Shown in pieces: positions 18,040 through 27,176 of a DNA stretch of 64,000 nucleotides (within the stretch, counting starts at the first letter, position 1; every line of letters starts with the position of its first letter). A program made the position numbers and the translations under genes. The DNA is from Bacteroidota bacterium (GTDB taxonomy: Bacteria; Bacteroidota; Bacteroidia; UKL13-3): the NCBI GenBank assembly GCA_040387195.1, contig JAZKEF010000011.1, positions 102,393 through 166,392 of the forward strand. Reading direction: 5' to 3'. The notes beneath the pieces were generated by a model. That model made no database searches. It was given only the letters and a program-made list of their open reading frames with translations, and was not told where the DNA came from.

Positions 18040-20127
18040 ATGCGTAATTGGTTTTTATTTGGTCTGTATCTATCCATGACGGCATGGCTGTGTGTCGTAA
18101 ACGGATATGCGCAATCCTCTGCCAAGAATGTTAGACTCGATTCACTATTGAAAATAGATGTAAACGTCATTCCTGTTGATTCACTCAAAGCCGATCATTA
18201 TGATCGTATTGCAACAACTTACAGTTCCTCTTCTGATTACTTGCATGCATGCGAATATTGGCAAAAATCAATGGATATAGCCACATCCACAAATGATAAG
18301 CAACGGGCTGTTAAATATTTGGGAAGTCTGGGTCTCGAATACATTGCAATGGCTCACTACCCCAAGGCACTGGAGTGTTTTTTGAAGGCACTTGCATTTG
18401 CTGAACAAGCAAAAAACCGGAGTGCCATTACCAATTACCTCAACCACTTAGGCCGGGTTTACATGTTTTTGGGTGATTATCCCAAAGCGCTCGAATACTA
18501 TCAAAAAGCACTGGTCATCAGTGAAGCTGCAGGGTTAAAAAATCCGGTTGCAAAGCAGCTCCGTAATATTGGAAATACCTATAATAAAATGGGAGATTAT
18601 CCTAAAGCCATCGAATACCTGAAAAGGTCACAACTGCTTTTCGACAGCCTAGGTATCAAAGAAGGAGGAATGATTAGTTTGGGAATCATCGGTTCAGTGT
18701 ATCTTAATATAGCGGATTACGAGCGCTCGTTGGAATATTTACAAAAGGCACTGGTGATGAGTCGCCAGGCAAATAATAAACGCCAGGAAAGCATGAATCT
18801 GCTAAACATAGGCAAAGCTTACCGTGAAGCACCGGATCATATTCTGCTGAAAGCCGGAATACAGCCTGCTCAACGGAATGTAAGAGTATTAGAGTATTTA
18901 TACCTTGGCCAGCAAACAGCAAAAGAAATAAATGATGCAGGAACCGAAAAAATAGCATGGGAAGCCCTGAGTGATACCCATGAAAAGCAAGGTAATTATA
19001 TCAAAGCGTATCAGGCATACAAACAATACATTGTACTTCGTGATAGCATTGAAGGAAGTGAAACAAAAAATACCATTGCGATCAAAGAGATGCAGTTTGA
19101 TTTTGATAAACGGGAAACAAAACTATTGTTTGATCAGCAACTCACACACGAAAAACTGAGACAGCAGGAATTGCTCACACGCCAACAACAGCTTGATTTG
19201 GGCCTTAAACAACAACAATTAGTATTGAGTTTGCAAGATAAAAATCTGCAGCACCTGGTCTTTCTTAAAACACAAGCCGAGTTACAACAGGAGCGGATAG
19301 CAGGAGAGAACCAGCAGGCACTCTCGGCAAAAAAAGATGCAGAGCTTAAATTGTTAAGTAACGAAAAGGCCTTACAGGAAACAAAGCTTGAACTAACAAC
19401 CAACGAACTTACAGCAAAGGAAAATCAGCGAAATGGATTCATCATCGGTACGGTACTGTTGTTGTTTTTTGCAACTGCTGTTGTAATGGGATTAAAACGA
19501 ACTTCTGCAGAAAAGAAAAAGTCGGAAGCATTGTTGCTGAATATTTTACCAAGTGAAGTAGCCATGGAACTCAAACAAACGGGGGAAGCCATTGCCAAAC
19601 AATACAATCATGTAACGGTATTATTTACCGACTTTGTAAACTTCACGGGTATCAGCGAACAACTCTCCCCAACGGAATTGGTAGCAGAGGTTCATAAAAA
19701 CTTCACAGCCTTTGATGCCATTATCGAAAAACACGGATTGGAAAAAATAAAGACTATTGGCGATGCCTATCTGGCTGTATGTGGCTTACCGAATGAAACA
19801 GAAAATCATGCGCAACAGGTAGTGAGAGCGGCCTTGGATATTCAATTATTTATGAGTCAAAACGGAAATAAATTTCAGGTACGTATCGGCATCAATTCTG
19901 GAGCTGTTGTGGCCGGAATTGTGGGCGTTAAAAAATACGCATACGATATCTGGGGTGATACCGTAAACACGGCAAGCCGCATGGAAAGCTGCAGCGAAGC
20001 CGGTAAAATCAACATCAGTGGTGCTACTTATGAACTCATCAAACATGATTTTCGCTGTGAGCATCGAGGTAAAATAACCGCCAAAAACAAGGGAGCGGTT
20101 GATATGTATTTTGTGGAAGGGGTGTAG
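18040..20127 (+). CDS. Class III adenylate cyclase with TPR sensor, long coiled coil and one TM
   Basis: 695 aa. Same architecture as 14037..15926. Confidence 0.85.
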   Translation: MRNWFLFGLYLSMTAWLCVVNGYAQSSAKNVRLDSLLKIDVNVIPVDSLKADHYDRIATTYSSSSDYLHACEYWQKSMDIATSTNDKQRAVKYLGSLGLEYIAMAHYPKALECFLKALAFAEQAKNRSAITNYLNHLGRVYMFLGDYPKALEYYQKALVISEAAGLKNPVAKQLRNIGNTYNKMGDYPKAIEYLKRSQLLFDSLGIKEGGMISLGIIGSVYLNIADYERSLEYLQKALVMSRQANNKRQESMNLLNIGKAYREAPDHILLKAGIQPAQRNVRVLEYLYLGQQTAKEINDAGTEKIAWEALSDTHEKQGNYIKAYQAYKQYIVLRDSIEGSETKNTIAIKEMQFDFDKRETKLLFDQQLTHEKLRQQELLTRQQQLDLGLKQQQLVLSLQDKNLQHLVFLKTQAELQQERIAGENQQALSAKKDAELKLLSNEKALQETKLELTTNELTAKENQRNGFIIGTVLLLFFATAVVMGLKRTSAEKKKSEALLLNILPSEVAMELKQTGEAIAKQYNHVTVLFTDFVNFTGISEQLSPTELVAEVHKNFTAFDAIIEKHGLEKIKTIGDAYLAVCGLPNETENHAQQVVRAALDIQLFMSQNGNKFQVRIGINSGAVVAGIVGVKKYAYDIWGDTVNTASRMESCSEAGKINISGATYELIKHDFRCEHRGKITAKNKGAVDMYFVEGV

Positions 20128-20249
20128 TTGACGGTTCATAGTTCATAGTGGGAGGAAACAGTTTCTCTTCTTTGCGGTAGGCATCTGCTCATCCTCACCT
20201 ATTCCCCTTCCTCCCCCTAATTGGGTATTTTTCAACCAATACAGCATCC

Positions 20250-20257
20250 TACATTTG
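20250..20257 (+). promoter_or_regulatory. Candidate Bacteroidetes sigma-A -7 box TACATTTG (TAnnTTTG)
   Basis: Sits in the conserved CTACATTTGA motif upstream of the 20348 gene. The same motif occurs at 13277 and 29211. Confidence 0.35.
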
Positions 20258-20347
20258 ATTCGAAACAAATTGCACCCGACTAGATGTTCGATACATGTTA
20301 CTCGATAGCGGCATCATGCAATACTTGAAACTTTAAATCTACTCAAT

Positions 20348-21235
20348 ATGAAAACAACAGTACTTACTTTGATGATGGTTGCCTGTTTATGCTTCCATGC
20401 ACATGCCCAGATTCCCAACAACGGATTTGAAACCTGGACCAACAATGATCCCGATGGATGGGTAACCACCAATGGATTGATGCTGCTGGGCAATCCGCAG
20501 TCGGTGTTTAAATCAACGGATGTTCACAGCGGCAGTTTTGCGTGCGAAGTAAACACCGTAAACATTGCCACCAAACCTCCGGGAGTATATGTTCCTGATT
20601 TTACAGGATCTGTATTTACAGGTAAACAGGTGTTTGTTACTTCATACTTTGGTTTTCCGTATACCAACAAACCGGGGAAACTAAGCTTCTGGTATAAATA
20701 CAATGCACGCAATAATGATACGGCAAGTGTTCTTGCTTACACAACCAAATGGAATGCAACACTGCAAAAACGCGATACATTATCGATAGCGGTTAGCATG
20801 ATTAAAGATTCGGTAGGAGTGTATACTAAAGGAGAGGTGATGTTTTATGTAATGGACTCCTTGCAATCTCCCGATACTGCAGTGGTATTGTTTGCATCGA
20901 GCATGGTTACTGCAACACAGGCTGGAGCAAAATTGTTGCTGGATGATGTTGAGTTTATGGGAGGAAATGTTGGCTTAACGGAAGCGGGGGCACCTTCATT
21001 TAACATTTTCCCCAATCCGGTTAAAGATGGTTCTGTGCAGTTACAATTTGAAAAGCCAGAAGTATCGGTAATAATTAACGTGTTTGACATGCAGGGAAAA
21101 AATGTCCTGACACAATCAACAAATACAGCAACCGGTAAGATGGTGCTATCAACCTTACAATTTTTACCCGGATTATACATACTCTCTGTTCAAACAGAAC
21201 AAGGCACTGCTGTAAAACGATTGATTATTCAATAA
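20348..21235 (+). CDS. T9SS-secreted CBM-like protein
   Basis: Signal peptide. NGFETW start typical of CBM4/9-like beta-sandwich domains. C-terminal T9SS sorting domain PNPVKDGSVQLQFE...LPGLYILSVQTEQGTAVKRLIIQ. Confidence 0.65.
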   Translation: MKTTVLTLMMVACLCFHAHAQIPNNGFETWTNNDPDGWVTTNGLMLLGNPQSVFKSTDVHSGSFACEVNTVNIATKPPGVYVPDFTGSVFTGKQVFVTSYFGFPYTNKPGKLSFWYKYNARNNDTASVLAYTTKWNATLQKRDTLSIAVSMIKDSVGVYTKGEVMFYVMDSLQSPDTAVVLFASSMVTATQAGAKLLLDDVEFMGGNVGLTEAGAPSFNIFPNPVKDGSVQLQFEKPEVSVIINVFDMQGKNVLTQSTNTATGKMVLSTLQFLPGLYILSVQTEQGTAVKRLIIQ

Positions 21236-21253
21236 CCGGTCAGCATTACTCTG

Positions 21254-24214
21254 ATGATAACCGGTATTAGGAAAGCCATTTATGTACTAGGATGCATGGG
21301 AATATTGATGTGTATCAATACCCGGAAAAGTGCTGCTCAGGAATTCCGTTCTCAATCAAGAAAATATGTGGAAGAGGCCGATACATTGGATGGTGCAGAG
21401 GGAAATATAGAGGCCAGGTTCATTCGCGGTAATGTTAAATCGGCAACAACCAATGAAGTGTTGCCGGTCGCTATTATCAGACAAGCAGGAACAACCTATG
21501 CCGTAAATTCCAACCTTGATGGCGGATTTACCATGAAGCTGGATGTGCGCAAACCTGTTCAACTCATCTGTTATTATTTGGGTTTTTCGCCTGATACCAT
21601 TACTGTAACGGAACACACAACGTTCATCAACTTTCGGTTGCAGGAGACTTTTGCTTCCATTAAAGATGTAGTGGTTTCAGCATCGCGTAAAAATGAAAAG
21701 AGGTTTGAAAGCCCCGTTACAATTGAATCTTTGACTGCCCGCGACCTGCAGGTAAATCCAACATTGAATATGTACGAACGCATGACCAACATGGCCACTG
21801 TTGATGCAATTACTACCAGCGCCAATTTTAAAACACTCAACACGCGCGGATTTAATTCAAGTTATAATCAACGGTTTATTCAACGGTTGGATAATATGGA
21901 TTTATCCATGCCCGGTTTTAACCTTTCGCTGGGAGCTCTGAATGGTCCCGTTGATTTGGATGTGGAACGCATGGAGTTGATTCCGGGAGCCAATTCAGCA
22001 TTATATGGTCCAAATGCTATTAGCGGATTAATGAATACCACTTCCAAAAATCCGTTTCAATACCAGGGACTAAGTGTTGAATTCAAGTCCGGCATGAACC
22101 ATATTGGTGATCCTTCTATCAGTCCGCAACCGATGATGGATTTTAACCTCCGGTATGCAAAAGCTCTTAGCAGAAAAGTTGCCGGCAAGATAACCTTTGG
22201 ATATATGCAGGTTTCGGATTGGCGTGCTACCGACTACCGAGATGTATCAAACTATAATTATTCGAATAACCTTACAACATACGGATATGAAAAGGGACCT
22301 GGAAACCCAGGTTATAACGGACTAAACATAGGTGGAGATGAAGTGTCGGCAGTGTTTGATACCAGCATCAAAGCACCTATTACCAATCAACCGTTTCTTG
22401 AAAAGGGAGCATTGCGTGTTTCCCGTACAGGTTATCGGGAGGACCAGTTGTTTACGTATAAACCATATATGCTTAAAGGGGATGTTGGATTTTATTACCG
22501 GCCCAAAAAAGGAATGGAGTTATCCTGGACTTCCCGTTTCGGATTGGGCAGTAGTAATTTTCAAACAGACAACCGCACACAAATTACAGGTTATTTTTTG
22601 CAACAGCATAAAGTAGAGTTAAGCGGACGTAACTATGTGTTCAGGTCGTATGTAAGTGCCGAAGATATTGGAGAAGCCATCGATATCAGTCTTACTTCTG
22701 TTAACTTAAACCGAGCAGCCAAACCTGATGAAAACTGGTTTATGCAATACCTGTTTGTGTATTCCGGGCAATATAATAACCTGGCCATGGCGGCCGGACT
22801 CGATACCATTCAGGGCGGTAATGATGCGTTGGCGAGGAAATTTGCGGATGGTAACAACGAACATTTGTATCCGTATATCAACGCATTTGATACGGCAAGT
22901 GCAAAACTAATTTTAGGCAATTCCAGGTTCGAACCCGGCACAAAAGGTTTTGATTCGGTATTAAACATTATCAAAGGAAAAGCCTTTAAAGATGATGGAG
23001 GACGGATAAAAAGTACCTCAAAAACGTGGTATACGGAGTTTGTATACAATTTCCCCATTCGCAATAAATCTTGGTCGTTACAGTCAGGTATCAATTACCG
23101 CCTGTATGCTCCCAATACTTCCGGATCTGTATTTCCCGATACGAGCAGCCTTATTTATTTTAAAGAGGTGGGAGGGTTTGTGCAAGGAGGAAAAACATTT
23201 TTCAATAACAGGCTCAAACTTCAAGGGTCAACACGAGTGGATGCATTTCAGCAATTCGATCCGCGACTAAGTCCAAGGCTTTCTGTGGTATTGATGCTGG
23301 GTAAAAAGCAACAACACAGTGTAAGGATGTCGGCACAAATAGGCTTTCGAATGCCTCCGCTTATTGATATGTACTCATACATGAATGTAAAAGGTGCACT
23401 TACGTTTGGTGGTTTTTTACAGGATGCGTATAACCTCAATCTGGTGAGGCGTACACCTGATGGTGGGGAGTTTGTAAATATGTACACCCAAAGCTCGGTA
23501 AACGAATATTTGTATACCGGTGATTCAAACAGGCTGGTAAAGCCTGTGATAAAAGATATTGCTCCCGAAGAGTTGCGTACCATTGAGTTTGGCTGGAGAA
23601 GTTTTTTATTCAACAAACTTGAGTCTGATTTCAATGTGTATTTTAATTCCTTTCAAAACCTTATCAGTGCACAACAATATGTTGGGCCGATTAACCGCAC
23701 CGATACTATTAATCCAGCGTATGTTAAAAATCAGCAGCAAACCCAAGTTTACCGTAGAGCAGCAAATTCCAATTTCCCGGTAAGCTCATATGGAATAGCC
23801 ATCACTACCAATTATTATGTAAGCCATAAATGGTCATATTATGCTAATTACAATTTCAACGAACTCATTACATCTGTAGATTTTATCAGCAAAAATTTTG
23901 AAAAGGGATTCAATACGCCCAGGCATAAAGTAAACGTAGGAGTGAAGGGTACACGGTTTTACAGAAACTTTGGTATGGCCGCAAACCTGCGTTGGGTGGA
24001 CGCATTCTACTTTGCAGAGTACGACAGAATAGGTACTCTGGATGCATACTATTCAATTGACCTTGCCATCAATTACACCTTTATTAAACAAAAAGTGATG
24101 TTGAAACTAGGAGGGACAAATATTACCAATCAGGCTTATATACAAGCTTTGGGGTCGCCCACTGTTGGCGCATTGTACTATGTTTCTATCCTGTATGACG
24201 GATTGATCAAATAG
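21254..24214 (+). CDS. TonB-dependent receptor (CarboxypepD_reg, plug, barrel)
   Basis: 986 aa. N-terminal regulatory-like domain. Plug with RKNEKRFESPVTIESLTARDLQ. Large beta-barrel. No adjacent SusD-like gene. Confidence 0.8.
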   Translation: MITGIRKAIYVLGCMGILMCINTRKSAAQEFRSQSRKYVEEADTLDGAEGNIEARFIRGNVKSATTNEVLPVAIIRQAGTTYAVNSNLDGGFTMKLDVRKPVQLICYYLGFSPDTITVTEHTTFINFRLQETFASIKDVVVSASRKNEKRFESPVTIESLTARDLQVNPTLNMYERMTNMATVDAITTSANFKTLNTRGFNSSYNQRFIQRLDNMDLSMPGFNLSLGALNGPVDLDVERMELIPGANSALYGPNAISGLMNTTSKNPFQYQGLSVEFKSGMNHIGDPSISPQPMMDFNLRYAKALSRKVAGKITFGYMQVSDWRATDYRDVSNYNYSNNLTTYGYEKGPGNPGYNGLNIGGDEVSAVFDTSIKAPITNQPFLEKGALRVSRTGYREDQLFTYKPYMLKGDVGFYYRPKKGMELSWTSRFGLGSSNFQTDNRTQITGYFLQQHKVELSGRNYVFRSYVSAEDIGEAIDISLTSVNLNRAAKPDENWFMQYLFVYSGQYNNLAMAAGLDTIQGGNDALARKFADGNNEHLYPYINAFDTASAKLILGNSRFEPGTKGFDSVLNIIKGKAFKDDGGRIKSTSKTWYTEFVYNFPIRNKSWSLQSGINYRLYAPNTSGSVFPDTSSLIYFKEVGGFVQGGKTFFNNRLKLQGSTRVDAFQQFDPRLSPRLSVVLMLGKKQQHSVRMSAQIGFRMPPLIDMYSYMNVKGALTFGGFLQDAYNLNLVRRTPDGGEFVNMYTQSSVNEYLYTGDSNRLVKPVIKDIAPEELRTIEFGWRSFLFNKLESDFNVYFNSFQNLISAQQYVGPINRTDTINPAYVKNQQQTQVYRRAANSNFPVSSYGIAITTNYYVSHKWSYYANYNFNELITSVDFISKNFEKGFNTPRHKVNVGVKGTRFYRNFGMAANLRWVDAFYFAEYDRIGTLDAYYSIDLAINYTFIKQKVMLKLGGTNITNQAYIQALGSPTVGALYYVSILYDGLIK

Positions 24215-24241
24215 TCCATTTCTGATTTTAAATGTTTATTA

Positions 24242-27139
24242 ATGACGGCCTCAATGAGAAAATTCACACTCGCCATATTCTTTCATACTGTTGTATGCAT
24301 CTCTGTTGTAATAGCCCAACATGATTTGGTAAATCAGTATTCATCCAAACAATACAATGCCCATACACTCATGTGGGATATGGTTGGGGATGAACACGGA
24401 TATCTTTGGTTTGCCAATAATGATGGTGTAGTGAGATTTGACGGAAACAACTGGATTACGTTTCCAACACCCAATCCAGTCAGAAGCTTGGTAGTTACAA
24501 AAAGGGGAGAAATATTTGTGGCTTGCCTTGAAGATTTTGGGGTACTCACATTTACAAGTTCAGGGGGGACACAATTTATCAGTTTTAAAAAGCAACTTGA
24601 TGTATCACAAGTAGCCGGAGGTGGAGGAGAAAAGGTTTTTATGATGGATGATAATGTGTATTTTTCATCAGGTCATTCCATTTTTACAGTAAGTAAACAG
24701 CATGGTGAATATAAGATTACAGTAGTTGATAAGGAAAAAAATCTGGGTTGTGGGGTGTTGCAGCATAAACTGTTTTCAAACCATACACGACAAGGGTTTG
24801 GATGGATTCAGGGTGGACGTTTTACTCCTCTTAGAAATGGATATGAGCTGGCCGGTAAACAAATTGTTCAAACGGTTTCATTCGCGAAACAAGACCTGAT
24901 ATTTACCAATTATGATGGCGTGTATCGTCTCAAGGATAATATCCTGAGCAAGGTGTTACAAAATGCATTAACCGGCTTTACAATGAATGGGGTAGCAGAT
25001 GCGGTTGTAATTGGGCATCAAAAACTCGCTGTGGCAACCTACCATGATGGTGTTAAAATATTCGACAGCAACATGCAGGAAATAACCATTCCCGAATTGC
25101 CTTCCCGTGAAATCTATCAACTCGGTGCCGACCATGAACAAAACCTTTGGATATCGCACCTGAAAGGAATAACGCAGGTATTAACAGGTTTGCCGGCCAC
25201 AACATTTAAATACCCTGCTGTGTCGGGGTATATCAATAAGATTGAGAAGCTTGGCGGTAATATTTACCTGAGTAGTACAAATGGATTGTTCGCAACAACT
25301 TCGGGCAACCCCACACATATTACACCGATTGCCGGAATGAATACGGAGTGTTGGGATATTCAACCCTTTCATCATACACTCTATGTGGCCACCACAAACG
25401 GTTTGTATACTGTTGATGGTTTGAATACCAAATTGGTTGTACCCAATGAAACATTTACTCAGCTTCAGGTAAGTAATCTTTCAGGAAAGCTCTACGCGTT
25501 CGGATTGAATAATTGTTTCACTGTTGATGAATACCAAACAATTATACCTCTTAAAAACTTTACAACGACATCCAACTCTGTTTTTGAAAACAAGGATGGA
25601 AGTATATGGGTGGGGACAAATCACAATGGCCTGATGCATATTACAACCAACGGGAAGGGACAACTGGAGATTCCAATGGAGTTAACCACCGGAGAAGTGC
25701 GCATTCGTATCATTGATGGATCGCCCCTTTTTCAAAGCAAGGAAGCGGTATTCAGGTTTGAGGGAAGCACTTTCAGAAAAGATGAGGAGTTGTCGAAGTT
25801 ATGGATGGGAAATCGAAACAGTGAGTTGACGCAACAAAATAACTGGTTGTTTACAGATAAAGAATGGAAGCTGACGGTAGCCGGTAAACCTGTAACAGCA
25901 CATATTGCTTATGGTTTAAATGGAAAACCAACAACTGTGTTTCATGAAAAGGACAAAGATTGGTTTGCGACAGAGGATAATATGTATTGGATTAATGCAG
26001 GGTTGAACAAACCCGACAGGTTGATTGCCAATGTGAGCAGGGTTGAATACGGTAAAGAAGGAGTAGCTTTCAGCGGGTTGTTTGTAACCCAAAACGATGA
26101 GGTCTCCATTGTGCAGGATATTATTCCAGAGATCCAACACAATGAACAAATAATTACCATATGGTTTGGGTTAAACTCTTTTTACAATCCGGCAAAAAAT
26201 CAGTACCGGTATACCATAACAGGTATCAATGAGGAGTGGAGTGAATGGAGTGATGAGTCCAAACTTACCTTAAGCGGACTACCGGCCGGAAGCTATACAC
26301 TAACCGTGCAAGCCCGCGATGCTTTTGGTGATGAATCGGAAACAGGAAGTTATACCTTTTACATCAAGCCTGCTTGGTATCTTAGCGGTATTGCTTTCAT
26401 GGTATACATTCTGGGATTGTTTTTGGTTATGTATGGCGTGGTGCTACTCTACAACAAACGGTTGGTTTTTAAAAATAAGGAGCTCGAACAACGGGTACAG
26501 GAACGCACCGTTGAGCTCAAGAATGAAAAACAAAAGTCGGATGCCTTGCTGTTGAATATTTTACCGGAAGGTGTGGCCGAAGAATTGAAGAATAAGGGAT
26601 ATGCAGAGGCCAAACAATACAACCATGTAACGGTGTTGTTTACCGATATGGTGAACTTTACCGGCATCAGCGAGCAGATGACGCCCCGGGAACTCGTTGC
26701 TGAAATCCACCAAAACTTCACAGCGTTCGATACCATCATCGAAAAACACGGACTAGAAAAAATAAAAACAATCGGAGATGCCTATTTAGCTGTAAGTGGT
26801 TTGCCAATCGAACACCACAATCATGCGCAACGTGTAGCAGCTGCAGCTTTAGATATTCAACAATACATGGCTCAAAATAACGGGAAGTTTCAAATCCGGA
26901 TAGGACTTCACTCAGGACCTGTAGTGGCCGGAATTGTGGGGGTAAAAAAATACGCTTTCGATATTTGGGGTGATACCGTAAATATGGCAGCCCGTATGGA
27001 GCAAAACAGTGAAGCAGGAAAAATCAATATCAGTGCAGCTACTTATGAGTTAATTAAGGATGATTTTACATGTGAATACCGTGGTAAAATTAACGCCAAG
27101 AACAAAGGAGAAGTAGATATGTATTTTGTGGTGAGCTGA
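24242..27139 (+). CDS. Class III adenylate cyclase fused to an HTCS-type periplasmic sensor (Reg_prop beta-propeller repeats plus Y_Y_Y domain) and one TM
   Basis: 965 aa. N-terminal repeats fit the two-component-regulator propeller pattern. Y_Y_Y-like YRYTITGINEEWSEWSDESKLTLSGLPAGSYTLTVQARDAFG lies just before the TM. Cyclase domain as in the paralogs. Confidence 0.75.
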   Translation: MTASMRKFTLAIFFHTVVCISVVIAQHDLVNQYSSKQYNAHTLMWDMVGDEHGYLWFANNDGVVRFDGNNWITFPTPNPVRSLVVTKRGEIFVACLEDFGVLTFTSSGGTQFISFKKQLDVSQVAGGGGEKVFMMDDNVYFSSGHSIFTVSKQHGEYKITVVDKEKNLGCGVLQHKLFSNHTRQGFGWIQGGRFTPLRNGYELAGKQIVQTVSFAKQDLIFTNYDGVYRLKDNILSKVLQNALTGFTMNGVADAVVIGHQKLAVATYHDGVKIFDSNMQEITIPELPSREIYQLGADHEQNLWISHLKGITQVLTGLPATTFKYPAVSGYINKIEKLGGNIYLSSTNGLFATTSGNPTHITPIAGMNTECWDIQPFHHTLYVATTNGLYTVDGLNTKLVVPNETFTQLQVSNLSGKLYAFGLNNCFTVDEYQTIIPLKNFTTTSNSVFENKDGSIWVGTNHNGLMHITTNGKGQLEIPMELTTGEVRIRIIDGSPLFQSKEAVFRFEGSTFRKDEELSKLWMGNRNSELTQQNNWLFTDKEWKLTVAGKPVTAHIAYGLNGKPTTVFHEKDKDWFATEDNMYWINAGLNKPDRLIANVSRVEYGKEGVAFSGLFVTQNDEVSIVQDIIPEIQHNEQIITIWFGLNSFYNPAKNQYRYTITGINEEWSEWSDESKLTLSGLPAGSYTLTVQARDAFGDESETGSYTFYIKPAWYLSGIAFMVYILGLFLVMYGVVLLYNKRLVFKNKELEQRVQERTVELKNEKQKSDALLLNILPEGVAEELKNKGYAEAKQYNHVTVLFTDMVNFTGISEQMTPRELVAEIHQNFTAFDTIIEKHGLEKIKTIGDAYLAVSGLPIEHHNHAQRVAAAALDIQQYMAQNNGKFQIRIGLHSGPVVAGIVGVKKYAFDIWGDTVNMAARMEQNSEAGKINISAATYELIKDDFTCEYRGKINAKNKGEVDMYFVVS

Positions 27140-27176
27140 TGGAATCTAAAAATAAAGAATAAGAAGGTAGTAGCCT

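Noticed and set aside
22915-22935. tRNA T-loop-like string ggttcgaacccgg
   Set aside because: It lies inside the TonB-dependent receptor CDS with no flanking acceptor or anticodon stem structure. Coincidental.
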